From the IMG/VR virus record IMGVR_UViG_3300013093_000004, positions 1 through 54,866 of that record: a DNA stretch of 54,866 bases. One strand, 5' to 3'. The position numbers and the translations under genes were made by a program. The stretch is from a virus. Its lineage: Duplodnaviria > Caudoviricetes. Shown here in pieces: positions 17,956 to 29,404 of the stretch (its first letter is position 1; the number at the start of each line of letters is the position of its first letter). The notes beneath the pieces were generated by a model. It was given only the letters and a program-made list of their open reading frames with translations, searched no databases and was not told the DNA's origin.

Positions 17956-20907
17956 ATGGCCAACAACATTGCCGTTCAGATCACCGCTGACGTCGCCGAT
18001 CTGACCGCAAAATCGGCGATCGCGCGCGCCGATATGGCCGCCACGACCAAGGCGCTGAACGACCTGGCCAAGCAAGCGCGCGGCACGGCCATGACAACCG
18101 AATTGCAAACCTCATTGTTGCAAGCCGGCGATGCGGCGGCCAAAGCCAAAAACCAATACGCGGCGATCACCCAAGAATTGACAAAAATGCGGCCCGCTGC
18201 CGAAGGCGCTATGCACGGATCTGCCGGCGTAACGCGCGAGCTGCTGGTGATGGGTCGCGAACTGTCGCGCGGCAATTTCAACCGCATGGCTGGCAGTGCC
18301 ACAATTCTGGCGGGTCGGCTGGGCGTCCTGACCCCTGCGGTCATCATGACGGTCGGCGCCATCGCCGCCTTGGCTGCGCCGTTCGTTGCGTTTGCTGTCG
18401 CCGCTGAACAAGGCAGCCAGGAAGCGGCCAAATTCAAAAACGCGATCGAGGCGACCAACGGCTATGCCGGGGTAACCGAATCGCAATTGCAGAACCTGTC
18501 GCGCAGCATGGCGACCTGGGCGCATGTCGGTATCGGCGCGGCCAATGAAGCGTTGATGAAGATCGTCGCATCGGGTCATTTTTCCGGCGACACCATGCGG
18601 CTGGTCGGCGAAGACGCGGTACGCATGGGCCAACTGACCGGCCAATCTGCTGACAAATTCATCGACGAGTTCGACAAAATGAAATCCGGCGTGGCCAAGT
18701 TCGCGCAGGAATACAACGATCAGTACCATCAGCTATCGCTGGCCCAGTTTGAATATATCCGCACACTGGAAGAACAAGGCCGCAAAGAAGAGGCCGAATA
18801 CGCGCTTGCCCAGAACGTTTACAATTACCTCGGCAAGCAGGCGCCGCAAAACCTCGGGTATCTGGAATCGGCGTGGCATTCTTTGTCGAAAGCGGCTTCC
18901 GACGCGTGGGATTCGATGAAGGCATGGGGGCGCAACAGCAACCAGGATCAAATCGATGATTTGAACCAGCGGATTGCGCTGATGAAGCGCGACCCGAACG
19001 CCAACAAGGGTGGTGCGGTTTCGCGGGAAATTGCCGGGTTGGAACGCCAGCTGCAGTTGGTCCAACAGCGCGAAGCGAGCGAACAGCGCGCAGCCGCCTC
19101 GCGCGCCGAACAAGCCCGCACGCAAAGCGATGGTGTCGATGCCGCAGCCAGGTTGGCTGAAAAGTTCGAAGCATCCAAGACCAGCGGCGAAAAGCTGAAA
19201 AAGGCGATCGCTGATATCAACAACGATCTGGCCAAAGCGGTCAAGGCCGATCCCGCCAATGCTGCGCGGTATGAAGCAGAGGCTGCCGCGGCGCGTGCGC
19301 AAGCGCAAAAATCCGATACCCCGCATGCGCCCAAAGTTCATGACGATATCGTCGCGCAATGGACCGAACAGCTTCACGCGCAGGAAATCGCCAGCAAAGA
19401 CTTTTTCAAGGACAACACCGCCGACGAACTGGCGTTCTGGCAATCAAAGCTGGCGCTGGTCGCCAAGGGGTCCAAGGATTGGTTGGCAGTCCAGACCAAG
19501 ATTTATGAACTCAGCAAAACGATGGCGCATCAGGCTTATGACGCCAAGATCGCCGATTACAATGAACAAATCGCCGCCGCTCGCGACAATTGGTCGAAAG
19601 AGCAAGCCGATATTCAGGCCAAGCTTTCCTATGTCAAATCGACTCAGGGCGAACAAAGCCGCGCCTACAAAGACGCCCACCGCGAACTGGAAACCGCCCA
19701 GCGCGAGCACGACGATCGCGAATTGCGCGAAGCGCAGGAACACACCAAGCGGCTGTACGATGACCTGAAAATCCGCATCGATGCTCAGGCCAAGGCGCGC
19801 GAAGACGATGCCCGCGCGGCTGAGGCGGTGGTCAAGGGCAATGCCGGCGCGACCCCGTTCGGCGAAATCGCTGCGCAGCGCCAACTGGCTGAAATCCATC
19901 GCCAGTTGACCGAACAGAAGATTGCCGACAACGAAACGCTCTACGCTTCGCAATCGGCGGGGCTGCAAGCCGATATCGACAAGGCTGCCGCGCTCTATAA
20001 CGGCGACCAAAGCAAATATCAGGCGCTGCTCGATGCCAAGGCCAAGGCGGACCAGCAATACGCCGCGCGCAAACAGGAACTCGATGCCCAATTGCGCATG
20101 CAGTCCATTCAGGACATGCAGGCCCTGCAAAACACCTATGCCAGCTATATCAGCGGGACGGTCAATGCCACGGTTACCGGGTTCAGCAAGATGATCGGCG
20201 GCCAGGAATCGTGGCGCAACCTTGGCATAAGCATCTATCAGTCAATGGTCCGCGAGGCGGAACAGCAGATTGAAAAGCTGGTCACCAACTGGATTGTTCA
20301 GCACGTTTTCATGACCGCCGAACAGCGCGCCGAACTGGCCGCGCAGAAGGCTGCACACGCGGCAAGCGAGGCGGCCAAGACGGCGACAACCACCACCAGC
20401 ACTGCCGCGCAAACATCGGCAGTAGTGGCCGGCGGAGCGACGCAGACTGCTGCGATGATGGCAACGACCAAGGCACAAGTCGCGTTGCTGGCCGGCCTCG
20501 CTGGCGCCGGCGGCGTTGCTTCAATGGCAGCGGCACCCTGGCCGATCGATATGACTGCGCCCGCGTTCGGCGCTTCGATGGCGGCATCCGCGATGTCGTT
20601 CGGTGCGTTCGAAAAAGGGCTCGACATCGTGCCCAACGACATGATCGCGCAAGTCCACGAGGGCGAGCGCATCATTCCAAAGGCCGATAACTCCGCTCTG
20701 ATCAATCTGGCCGCGCGCGGCGCCGGGATGGCTGGTGGCGCCGGCTCGGCCGGCGGCGCGGCTGGCGGCGACACCCATAACCACTTCGCGCCAGTCATTC
20801 ATGCCAATGGCGTCGATCCCAAATCGGTGATGCAGGCGCTGGAAAGCAACTTTGGTGATTTCACCAGTCTGCTGAAGCGAGCAGCGCGCAACGGTGCTTT
20901 CCGCTGA
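17956..20907 (+). CDS. Tape measure protein
   Basis: 983 aa Ala/Gln-rich helical protein; NIAVQITAD start; C-terminal FEKG..VPNDMIAQVHEGERIIP. Confidence 0.93.
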   Translation: MANNIAVQITADVADLTAKSAIARADMAATTKALNDLAKQARGTAMTTELQTSLLQAGDAAAKAKNQYAAITQELTKMRPAAEGAMHGSAGVTRELLVMGRELSRGNFNRMAGSATILAGRLGVLTPAVIMTVGAIAALAAPFVAFAVAAEQGSQEAAKFKNAIEATNGYAGVTESQLQNLSRSMATWAHVGIGAANEALMKIVASGHFSGDTMRLVGEDAVRMGQLTGQSADKFIDEFDKMKSGVAKFAQEYNDQYHQLSLAQFEYIRTLEEQGRKEEAEYALAQNVYNYLGKQAPQNLGYLESAWHSLSKAASDAWDSMKAWGRNSNQDQIDDLNQRIALMKRDPNANKGGAVSREIAGLERQLQLVQQREASEQRAAASRAEQARTQSDGVDAAARLAEKFEASKTSGEKLKKAIADINNDLAKAVKADPANAARYEAEAAAARAQAQKSDTPHAPKVHDDIVAQWTEQLHAQEIASKDFFKDNTADELAFWQSKLALVAKGSKDWLAVQTKIYELSKTMAHQAYDAKIADYNEQIAAARDNWSKEQADIQAKLSYVKSTQGEQSRAYKDAHRELETAQREHDDRELREAQEHTKRLYDDLKIRIDAQAKAREDDARAAEAVVKGNAGATPFGEIAAQRQLAEIHRQLTEQKIADNETLYASQSAGLQADIDKAAALYNGDQSKYQALLDAKAKADQQYAARKQELDAQLRMQSIQDMQALQNTYASYISGTVNATVTGFSKMIGGQESWRNLGISIYQSMVREAEQQIEKLVTNWIVQHVFMTAEQRAELAAQKAAHAASEAAKTATTTTSTAAQTSAVVAGGATQTAAMMATTKAQVALLAGLAGAGGVASMAAAPWPIDMTAPAFGASMAASAMSFGAFEKGLDIVPNDMIAQVHEGERIIPKADNSALINLAARGAGMAGGAGSAGGAAGGDTHNHFAPVIHANGVDPKSVMQALESNFGDFTSLLKRAARNGAFR

Positions 20908-20908
20908 C

Positions 20909-21571
20909 ATGACGCTCCCCATCTATCCCGGCAGCGATCTGTTGAAAGGGCTGTCTTACAGCTCGAAATGGGATTCGCAGTTCTTCAATCAGAACGCCAC
21001 CGCTGCTGACGGCGCGTCGGTCAGCGTTGGCATCGCCAAGTACCCGCTGCATACGTTCGAATTGACCTACAAATTCCTGCGCGACGGGCCGGATTGGCAG
21101 GATGTGCTGTCGGCGCTGGAATTCCGCACCATGAAGGGGTTTCACCTCGCCATGGCCGGTTCGCTGAACCGGTTTCTCTATCGCAACCCCGACGATTCGC
21201 AGGTCTGGCAGCAATCAATCGGCACCGGCGACGGATCTACCACCACGTTTACTCTGGTGCGCACGTTCGGCGCCAATGGCTTTTTCGGCACCGAACCGGT
21301 CGGCCAGGTCGATACCACGTCAATCAATGTCTATCTGGGCGGATCGTCCACGCCGATCAACCCGACGCTCTATACCATCAGCACCGCCAACCCGGTGGCA
21401 AACACGATCACGTTCGCCACTGCGCCGGCGGCTGGCACCGCGATCGCGGTCGACATGGCCTATTGGTATTATTGCAGATTACCGAACGATAACGGCGTGT
21501 TTGAAAAGTTCATGGGCCGGCTGTGGCAGATCGGCAAGGTGCAGATCGCCAGTTGCCGCCCTGGTACGTGA
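20909..21571 (+). CDS. Distal tail protein (DUF2460-like)
   Basis: FLYRNPDD, IGTGDGSTTTFTL, ITFATAPAAG. Confidence 0.8.
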   Translation: MTLPIYPGSDLLKGLSYSSKWDSQFFNQNATAADGASVSVGIAKYPLHTFELTYKFLRDGPDWQDVLSALEFRTMKGFHLAMAGSLNRFLYRNPDDSQVWQQSIGTGDGSTTTFTLVRTFGANGFFGTEPVGQVDTTSINVYLGGSSTPINPTLYTISTANPVANTITFATAPAAGTAIAVDMAYWYYCRLPNDNGVFEKFMGRLWQIGKVQIASCRPGT

Positions 21572-21589
21572 TCAGGGGGATGATCCGCC

Positions 21590-22516
21590 ATGCTCCTGAT
21601 ATTTGCCACGAACGGCGCGGCGGCGGCCAACAGCAACGCATTTTTGCGCAATTGGCCCGCGCCCTTGGTCGCCGCGATCAACGCCCGGGCAATCCGCTAT
21701 CGGGCAAAGCTCTATACCATCACGCTGGTGGGCGGCGGCACGTTGACCTGGACCGATTTCGATACCGATCTGGTCTATGCCGGCACGGTTTTTCAGTCGA
21801 AAGCGGCTTTCCTGTCAAAGCCATCGTGGAAAGTCAGCAACACGATGGAGGTGCCCGAACTGTCGCTGAAAATCAGCAGTTTCAACACCGCCTTTGACGG
21901 TGGCGGCACGCTGGAATTGCAGATCCACAGCGGATTGCTCGATGGCGCAACGTTCCTGATGCAGGAATGCATGATGGGCGTCGATTGCAACCCGAACACG
22001 TTGGGCGTGGGCCCGCTGTTCGGTGGCAAGATCGCCGGCATCGACCTTGACGGTGTGACCGCGACGATCGCCGCCAAGGGCAAGATCAACGATCTCGATC
22101 AATATGTGCCGCGCAACCTGTACCAGGTGCCGTGCAACCACGCGTTTTGTGATCCCGGCTGTTCCTTGTCGGCGGCCAGTTTCACCAGCAGTTTCACCAT
22201 GGGCGGCGTGCCCAGCACGTCGTTCATCCCATGGGCCAGTGCGCCGTCGAATGCCGCAGCCTATCAGAATGGCACATTGGTCATCACCAATGGCCCGGCA
22301 TCGGGATCACGGCGCACGATCGCTGCGGCTTCCAGCGCTGGGCTGACCTTGGGCTATCCGCTGCCGTTTCTGCCGGTTGCAGGCAACAGTTTTACCGCGT
22401 TCCAAGGGTGCGACAAGACGCTTAATTCGGGCAGCAGCCAAAGCTGCACCGCCTATTCCAACACCGCCCATTTTCGCGGCTTTCGCGACGTTCCGCCGCC
22501 CGCTTCCGCTTATTGA
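21590..22516 (+). CDS. Baseplate hub protein (DUF2163/BR0599-like)
   Basis: WTDFDTDL, GLLDGA, PRNLYQVPC..FCDPGC, GCDKT..C..HFRGF. Confidence 0.85.
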   Translation: MLLIFATNGAAAANSNAFLRNWPAPLVAAINARAIRYRAKLYTITLVGGGTLTWTDFDTDLVYAGTVFQSKAAFLSKPSWKVSNTMEVPELSLKISSFNTAFDGGGTLELQIHSGLLDGATFLMQECMMGVDCNPNTLGVGPLFGGKIAGIDLDGVTATIAAKGKINDLDQYVPRNLYQVPCNHAFCDPGCSLSAASFTSSFTMGGVPSTSFIPWASAPSNAAAYQNGTLVITNGPASGSRRTIAAASSAGLTLGYPLPFLPVAGNSFTAFQGCDKTLNSGSSQSCTAYSNTAHFRGFRDVPPPASAY

Positions 22517-23070
22517 CGATCGGGGAACCGATGCAGATCACCCGCCAGGGCGAAACCCTGCTGGTCCCCGCGCCGGGGGGCTACGAAACCTATACTTTTC
22601 GCAGCGAGGAAGAGGCTGCGGCGCGCGTCGCGCTGATGGCAGAGGCGCTGTCATGGATCGGGACGCCCTACGCCAACTGCGGCGATGTCAAAGGGCCCGG
22701 CGGCGCGGTCGATTGCGCCATGCTGCTGACCCGTTGCGTCATCGATACCGGGTTGATCGCACCGTTCGACCCCCGGCCCTATCCGCCGCAATGGCACGTC
22801 CATCATGATCGCGAACTGTTCATCGAATTCCTGACCGATCGGCTGGGCGCGCACGAGATCGATGCCCCGCGCCCTGGCGATATCGCGGTGGTCAAATTTC
22901 ACCGCACCTATGCGCACGGCACGATCATGCTGAACAGCGTCGAAATGGTGCACGCCTGGTCGGGATATCGCATGGTCGCGCGCACCCGCCGCGACGAAGG
23001 TCAATTCCTGACCGCGCTGGGCGTGCCCCGCCCAACGCGCTATTTTGATCTGTGGAGCGTGAAGGCATGA
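22513..23070 (+). CDS. NlpC/P60 tail-associated peptidase
   Basis: EALSWIGTPY, VDCAML, PGDI, HG. Confidence 0.88.
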   Translation: MTIGEPMQITRQGETLLVPAPGGYETYTFRSEEEAAARVALMAEALSWIGTPYANCGDVKGPGGAVDCAMLLTRCVIDTGLIAPFDPRPYPPQWHVHHDRELFIEFLTDRLGAHEIDAPRPGDIAVVKFHRTYAHGTIMLNSVEMVHAWSGYRMVARTRRDEGQFLTALGVPRPTRYFDLWSVKA

Positions 23071-25730
23071 GCGGCCTGCTCGGTTCCACCACTGCGCCGA
23101 CCAATACCCCGATCGAATATTCGGGCCTGAATGTTGGCACGTCGCAATGGAACATGCCTCTGCCGCTGTTTTGGGGCACGCGTCGGCTGGCCACCAATGC
23201 GATGGCGTTCGCCAATTTCCAGGGCCATCAGGTCAATGGCAAAGGCGGGGGCAAAGGCGGCGGCAAAAGCGCACAGCAACAGACCTATACCGCCGACGTT
23301 CTGCTGGGGTTGTGCGAGGGCCCGGTCGATTCGATCCAGAACATCTGGGCAAACGGTTCGACCACCACGACCACCACGCTCAGCGCGCTGAACATGACTT
23401 TTTTCCCCGGTACGCTGGGGCAGGCCGCATGGTCCTATTGGCAAAGCCAGTACCCTTCGCTGCAACAGAATTACAGCCAGACCGCCTATCTGGGGGCGGT
23501 CAACCTGGCGCTGGGCGAATCCGCGACGATCCCGCAAAACGATTTCGAATGCGTGCGCGCCTCGATGTTCGCGTGGACCCGAACCAGCACCATCGCCGGC
23601 TGGATCAACCCGACGTATCACACTCAGGCCAGCGCCACCGATGTGCTGATGTCGGATGTGATCACCGATCTATTGACCAACGTGCAATATGGCGCGCTGC
23701 TGCAATCGGCTGATCTGGGCTCGATCGCGCAATACGCCACCTATAACCGGGCGCAGGGCATTTTCGTTTCGCCGCTGCTCAACACGCAGGAAAAATGCAC
23801 TGATGTTCTCAACCGGTTTGCCCAGATCACCAATTCATGGATTTTCTGGTCGGGCGTTCAGTTGGAATTCTATCCGTTGGCCGATGCGGCGATCACCGGC
23901 AACGGCGTCACGTTCACCCCAAAAAACGATGTCGCCTATACCTTGGCGATCACCGATCTGCTTGCCGAAAAGGGTCAGCCGCCGGTCAAAGTCACGCGCA
24001 AGGATCCGGCCGATTGCTACAACCGCACCAGCGTCAACATCTGCGACCGCACGCTTGGTTACATCGACAACCCCATCCCCTGGGTTGACGATCAACTGAT
24101 CGATCAGTTCGGGCTGCGCGACAATACCAGCATCAGCGCGAACGAGATCTGCGACCCCCAGGTCGGCGCGATCGTCGCGCAGCTGGTGGGCAAGCGAGCG
24201 GCCTATATCCGCAACACCTATCAGTTCAAAACCAACTGGAATTTCATCCTGTGCCTGCCCGGCACCGTGCTGCAAATCCCGCTGAATTACACCGGTCAAA
24301 CCGTGCGCGTGCGAGTGACCGAGGTCAGCGAAGATGACAAAGGACAGTTGTCATTCACCGCAGAGGAATTTCCCGGAACGGTGGGCACCTATGTGCCGCC
24401 GCAAAGCCAGGTCACCGCTTCGGCCAGCCAAGTTCCCAATATCTATGCCGCGGCGCCCAGCATCAACACCCCGGCGATATTCGAACCGCCGGCCAGCTTT
24501 ACCGGCGGCGTCGCAAAGATCATCATTGCTGCATCCGGTTCGGGCAACTGGGGTGGCTGCACCGTCAATATCAGCTTTGACGGCACCACCTATGTACCGA
24601 TCGGTACCATCACCGCGCCAGCGCCGCAGGGCGTGCTGACGGCTTCGCTGCCGGCCTATGGCGGCGCCAACCCCGACACGACCGACACCTTGGCGGTCGA
24701 TCTGACGCAAAGCGCCACCACACCACAGCCGGTGACCAACGCCGACGCGGTTGCCTTGCGCACGCTCGCCCTGATCGCTGCCCAGCCCACTGTCTCCGGC
24801 GGTGCCTCGGTGGTGCCCAGCAATGGCGAATTGCTTGCGTTCGGCAACACCGCGATCACCGGCACCTATACCGCGAACCTGACCTATCTCGAACGCGGCC
24901 AATACGGCACGACGGCTGGCGCCCACGCGGCCGGCGCGCAATTCACCCTGATCGACGTGCTGGGCAACACCGGTACCTCGGTCGCCTATACCTTGCCGCA
25001 GCAGTACATCGGGCAGACGATCTATTTGAAGCTGGCCAGCTTCAACCTGTTCGACCATGGCGCGCAGGATCTTTCGTCGGTGGTCGAATACCAATATACC
25101 CCGGTCGGTACCGGGTTTGGCACCGGGCCATCGGGCGTGCCGGCTACTCCCACCGGCTTGACCGGCGTGGCCAGCTTGTTCGGCTATAACGCGTTGTCCT
25201 GGGCGGCCAACCCGACCAACGACAGCGTGATATCCTATTCGCTGTACAAGGGCGAAGGGTCGGGCGCCGCGTTTTCCAGTTGCGTGCTGCTCTATCAGGG
25301 CGTTGGCCTGGTCTATACCGACGCGGCAATCGTGGCCGGCACCACCTATACCTATTACGTGGTCGCCAACAATTCGGTGGGACAATCTGCCGTCTCGGCC
25401 GCGTGCAACATTACCGCGCTGGCCAATGGCAATATCGCTTCGGGTCTGACCGCGCTCGGATCGACCACCACCACAACGTCAACCAGCACGTTTACCTTGA
25501 CCAGCGGCGTGCCTTCGGGCGCCAGCCTGGTGATCGTGGTCAATGGTTCGATCCTGTCATCGTCCTATTATTCGATCAGCGGCACCACCGTGACATTCAG
25601 CCCGGCGATCGCGTCCGGCAGCACCATCCTGGCCTATTACATCACCAGCACCGGTACCGGCGGTGGTGGCGGCGGTGGCGGCGGTGGCGGCATTGGCGGC
25701 GCCTACAACAACGGGTACGGGCTCAAATAG
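23067..25730 (+). CDS. Tail tip/central fibre protein with FN3-like domain
   Basis: PLPLFWG..R, GLCEGPV, ERGQYGT, PATPTGLT FN3-like; poly-Gly C-terminus. Confidence 0.85.
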   Translation: MSGLLGSTTAPTNTPIEYSGLNVGTSQWNMPLPLFWGTRRLATNAMAFANFQGHQVNGKGGGKGGGKSAQQQTYTADVLLGLCEGPVDSIQNIWANGSTTTTTTLSALNMTFFPGTLGQAAWSYWQSQYPSLQQNYSQTAYLGAVNLALGESATIPQNDFECVRASMFAWTRTSTIAGWINPTYHTQASATDVLMSDVITDLLTNVQYGALLQSADLGSIAQYATYNRAQGIFVSPLLNTQEKCTDVLNRFAQITNSWIFWSGVQLEFYPLADAAITGNGVTFTPKNDVAYTLAITDLLAEKGQPPVKVTRKDPADCYNRTSVNICDRTLGYIDNPIPWVDDQLIDQFGLRDNTSISANEICDPQVGAIVAQLVGKRAAYIRNTYQFKTNWNFILCLPGTVLQIPLNYTGQTVRVRVTEVSEDDKGQLSFTAEEFPGTVGTYVPPQSQVTASASQVPNIYAAAPSINTPAIFEPPASFTGGVAKIIIAASGSGNWGGCTVNISFDGTTYVPIGTITAPAPQGVLTASLPAYGGANPDTTDTLAVDLTQSATTPQPVTNADAVALRTLALIAAQPTVSGGASVVPSNGELLAFGNTAITGTYTANLTYLERGQYGTTAGAHAAGAQFTLIDVLGNTGTSVAYTLPQQYIGQTIYLKLASFNLFDHGAQDLSSVVEYQYTPVGTGFGTGPSGVPATPTGLTGVASLFGYNALSWAANPTNDSVISYSLYKGEGSGAAFSSCVLLYQGVGLVYTDAAIVAGTTYTYYVVANNSVGQSAVSAACNITALANGNIASGLTALGSTTTTTSTSTFTLTSGVPSGASLVIVVNGSILSSSYYSISGTTVTFSPAIASGSTILAYYITSTGTGGGGGGGGGGGIGGAYNNGYGLK

Positions 25731-25772
25731 CCGGACCGCTGAAAATTTCGTCCTTACATTGGAGTAATTCGC

Positions 25773-28493
25773 ATGATCCTGATGCTTGCGCCAAAGGGCG
25801 GGATGTCATTTGGCAGCGCTCCCAGCGGCTCGACTTATGTCGCTGATGCCTATGCGGTGGTGCACATCACCAACAACAGCGCCGCCGACCAGACCTATCT
25901 GGCCAATGCCGGTTGCTACACGTTGACCCCGTTCGGCGGCTGGGGCGCCGCCGCTTTCAATACATTGGCTGCACTCTATGCTGCCGATCTGGACACCGGC
26001 CTGATCCTGCCGGGACAAGTGGGCTTTCCGCAATTTATGATGGCCTCGGTTTATGCCGATCCGACCAGCGGGAACAACGGCACATGGGCCAAAACCGGCA
26101 CGGGCAATGGCAGTGGCAATTGGACGCAGATTTCCACGCAGACGCTGGCGCAACTGACTTCCAGTGTGGCCGCTCTGACGTCCAGCGTGGCCACTCTGTC
26201 GGCCAGCGTGGCCAACATCACCGCCGGCGTCACCACGCCCAGCCTGTCTGCCGGCAACGCCGCCTTTGCCGTCATTCAGCCGAACGGGTGGCAGGTTCTG
26301 GTCTATTGGAAAGGGTTCAAAGCCGGCGGAACATCGACGCTGAATCCCAACGCCACGCCTCGGTTGGTGCTGCAAGTGGTCGATCAAGGCTTTACCAGTA
26401 CGGGCCAGCCCACGCTGATCAGCCGCACCGTGGTCGGTACAGTCAACATGCGTGCGCCGTGGCCCATTGAAACGACGCCGATCGACGTCGCTGATGCCAA
26501 CGGATCATCACGCCTATATGCCCTGTCTGAACCGATTTACGCCGCTTCAAACGTCGCGGGCAGTGGTTTGGCACCAATCACCACGGTTGTTGCCGGGCTT
26601 TACCTGGACAACGGCAGCGGCGGCAGCAGCGCCAATTCGTTGACCAGCAGCCTGTTTGCAATGAATGGGTCGGCCCTGACATATCCGCCGCCCGTCGCCA
26701 ATTGGGTGTGCAGTGCGTATCAGCGCGCCGGGTCGAATGGATTTCAGTTCGAAGTCTACGCCGATCACCAGTTCGGATTCAACGCTTCACCCGTCGCACA
26801 AGTCGGAGTTCGCGTCACGGACAGTGCGGGCAACAAAGCCTACGGCTACGCGAACACTTTGACGCAATCCGCGCAAGTGGCCACCACCGATCCGAATCCG
26901 CTCGTTTTTCCCGTGTCCGTTTCAACTTTAGGGTTGGTTGATGGTGCGGCCACGGCCGATATTCTGGTGTGGCCCTGGATCGGTAACACGGTGTGGGACA
27001 GCAAGATCAATGGCGCGACCTGGCCGACACCGCAGGTCTGTTCCATCCCCGTGCTGATCGATGCTGCTGGCAACTATACCCCGGCCTATGCCTGTCTCGA
27101 CACGGCCGCCGGTGTGGACGCCAGCGGCGTGGTATCCACCACCCAAGCCACTGCCGAAGCAGCGCCGTACAAGACATGGGCGGCAGCGCGCGCCGCGATC
27201 AAGACGTTCAACAACGCGCGCGGCCATAATGACCATGCCGCTGGTGTGATGTTGTTGACGCAGGATTTGGCCGGCTTTGGCGAAAACCTCGCCAGCACGC
27301 TAACCCCGGGCCTGACCTGGTTCACCATCGGCCACAAATCGACCGTATCCGCGCAAACGATCGGCTTTACGACTGCCAGCAGCGACACCAATGCCACGCT
27401 GGCAACGCGGGTGGCATTCAATGGGTTGTATTTGCGCAGCACCAGCGCAACCAACTTGTTTGATGGCGGCGTCGATGGTGCCGTTTCGGGATTGCCGCAA
27501 ATCTATGTGAATTGCACCAATTGCAAACTGTCGCAAAGCGCTGTGACCAATGCGGTGCCGCTGTTTTATCAGACCGGTCTGATGGATTATATCGGTTGCA
27601 CGTTCACCAATTGCGGCCCTGCTGATCTGACCAACTACAGCGTCACGCGTCAGCATCACCGACTGCACCTCGGCACCACCTATACCACGACTTCGACCAG
27701 TGGGCCAATCGCGTCGATCTGGACGGCCATCGGCTGCACTTTCAACGGGTGCAATTTCCAGGACACCACCGCTGCCGCGCAACCATATCAGCAATCGCAG
27801 GATGGGTTGATCCACGCCAACAACAAGTGGTTCGGCATGCGCACGACGTCGAATTATTCCGGCGCTCGCCAGTGGACGAAGGGTATCGTGGTTGCCCAGT
27901 CAGTCTACGAATTGGTCACCGGCACAGTGCCGGCTTTGCAGGTCAGTGCTGATGGAATGTTGAATCCGGTCGCGAATGTGATCCGCAGGTTCAACACCAT
28001 TGCCGGCGGCCGCACCAATTTCCTTTACAATGACATCGGCGCCGTTCCGACCGTTAAAACCGGGGTCAGCCAATATAATTTGGATTATCAATACAATATC
28101 AAACGCGATCCCTTCAATAACCCGACCGGCGGGCAAAGCGGCAATCGCACCGGCAACTGGATGACATCATTCGGGGTCGGCTGTTTTGGCAATCATGCGG
28201 TGGCTGGTGCCACCGGCAATGACACAGGGGGCAGCAGCTCAGCGCCCGGCCCGGATAGTTGGTTGGGCGAATTTACCGGTTTGGCCTCGACCAACAATGT
28301 TGCGGTAACGTTCACCACCGATGCCAGTTATCTTGGCACTGGCGCCGGCGGCGGAAATTACCTGCCCACAGGCACAGTCACCACGCTGCAAGGCAAAGTC
28401 GCGGCTGGCCGCCAACCCTATCCTTCGGACATCCACTCCACCGCGCGCAAAAACACCGGCACCGGATCTTGCGGCGCCTACGAGGTTGGCTGA
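25773..28493 (+). CDS. Receptor-binding/tail spike protein 1 (beta-helix-like)
   Basis: 906 aa Thr/Asn/Gly-rich; short coiled coil after N-terminal domain; C-terminal GAYE. Confidence 0.7.
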   Translation: MILMLAPKGGMSFGSAPSGSTYVADAYAVVHITNNSAADQTYLANAGCYTLTPFGGWGAAAFNTLAALYAADLDTGLILPGQVGFPQFMMASVYADPTSGNNGTWAKTGTGNGSGNWTQISTQTLAQLTSSVAALTSSVATLSASVANITAGVTTPSLSAGNAAFAVIQPNGWQVLVYWKGFKAGGTSTLNPNATPRLVLQVVDQGFTSTGQPTLISRTVVGTVNMRAPWPIETTPIDVADANGSSRLYALSEPIYAASNVAGSGLAPITTVVAGLYLDNGSGGSSANSLTSSLFAMNGSALTYPPPVANWVCSAYQRAGSNGFQFEVYADHQFGFNASPVAQVGVRVTDSAGNKAYGYANTLTQSAQVATTDPNPLVFPVSVSTLGLVDGAATADILVWPWIGNTVWDSKINGATWPTPQVCSIPVLIDAAGNYTPAYACLDTAAGVDASGVVSTTQATAEAAPYKTWAAARAAIKTFNNARGHNDHAAGVMLLTQDLAGFGENLASTLTPGLTWFTIGHKSTVSAQTIGFTTASSDTNATLATRVAFNGLYLRSTSATNLFDGGVDGAVSGLPQIYVNCTNCKLSQSAVTNAVPLFYQTGLMDYIGCTFTNCGPADLTNYSVTRQHHRLHLGTTYTTTSTSGPIASIWTAIGCTFNGCNFQDTTAAAQPYQQSQDGLIHANNKWFGMRTTSNYSGARQWTKGIVVAQSVYELVTGTVPALQVSADGMLNPVANVIRRFNTIAGGRTNFLYNDIGAVPTVKTGVSQYNLDYQYNIKRDPFNNPTGGQSGNRTGNWMTSFGVGCFGNHAVAGATGNDTGGSSSAPGPDSWLGEFTGLASTNNVAVTFTTDASYLGTGAGGGNYLPTGTVTTLQGKVAAGRQPYPSDIHSTARKNTGTGSCGAYEVG

Positions 28494-28575
28494 TCCGGTT
28501 TGATTTTTCAGCCATGATTGGTGGCGATGCCGATAATCATCACGACAACCCCCGATTGACACCCCGGAGGAACGA

Positions 28576-28821
28576 ATGCCCGATACCGACAGCGAGCAAC
28601 CCATCCCTCGGGCACCGATTACCAAGGACGATGCACGTCTGATCGCGCAGGAAGTGCTGGCGGAAATCAACGACAATTTCACCAAATACGTCGGTCGCGG
28701 CATTATCTCGATGTTCTGGAAAGCCATATTGTTGGCGGCGCTGATCATCGCGCTGTGGGGATGGGCGCATTTCAACGGCGTGATGCAACCTGGCGCGTCG
28801 CAGCACCCCGCAAACCACTGA
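28576..28821 (+). CDS. Single-TM protein, holin/antiholin candidate
   Basis: GGAGG RBS; one hydrophobic helix; just before endolysin. Confidence 0.55.
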   Translation: MPDTDSEQPIPRAPITKDDARLIAQEVLAEINDNFTKYVGRGIISMFWKAILLAALIIALWGWAHFNGVMQPGASQHPANH

Positions 28822-28828
28822 GGCAACA

Positions 28829-29404
28829 ATGGCAGCACTGCACAATGCCCCGGCGTTTTTCGCCGCGATCCGGCGCGTCACTGGCCCGTTGACAGAAACC
28901 CAGGCCGCGATCGCCAATGGGCTGCTCACCGCAGCCGTCGCGTGGCCGATCGGCTGGCTGGCCTATGGCTTTGCGACGGCATGGCACGAGGCGCGCCTCA
29001 CGCCGCAGGATGAAATCGGGCACGGCCACGGGCGACCGTATGGCGTGCCGGGCAAGCACGGCGGCCAGATCCCGTTCGGGCGCGGCCTCGTGCAGATCAC
29101 ATGGGATACGAATTACGAATGGGCTGACCGCATCTGCGCGGCGGCGGGGCTGATCAAGCCCGGCGATCTGCTGGCGAATTTCGAGCTCGCCAATCGGCCT
29201 GACATTGCGACCCGCATTCTGATCACCGGCATGGAGACCGGGCATTTCACCGGTAAAAAGCTGACCGATTACATCACCATTCGCGGCACGCACGCCGATT
29301 TCGTGGCGGCGCGGCGCATCATCAACGGGCAGGACTGCGCTGAAAAGATCGCGATTTATGCGGATCAATTTCAAGACGCGGCTGATCTTGGGGGCTGGAA
29401 ATGA
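28829..29404 (+). CDS. GH19-family endolysin
   Basis: AYGFATAWHE, FGRGLVQITW..NY, ARRIING. Confidence 0.9.
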   Translation: MAALHNAPAFFAAIRRVTGPLTETQAAIANGLLTAAVAWPIGWLAYGFATAWHEARLTPQDEIGHGHGRPYGVPGKHGGQIPFGRGLVQITWDTNYEWADRICAAAGLIKPGDLLANFELANRPDIATRILITGMETGHFTGKKLTDYITIRGTHADFVAARRIINGQDCAEKIAIYADQFQDAADLGGWK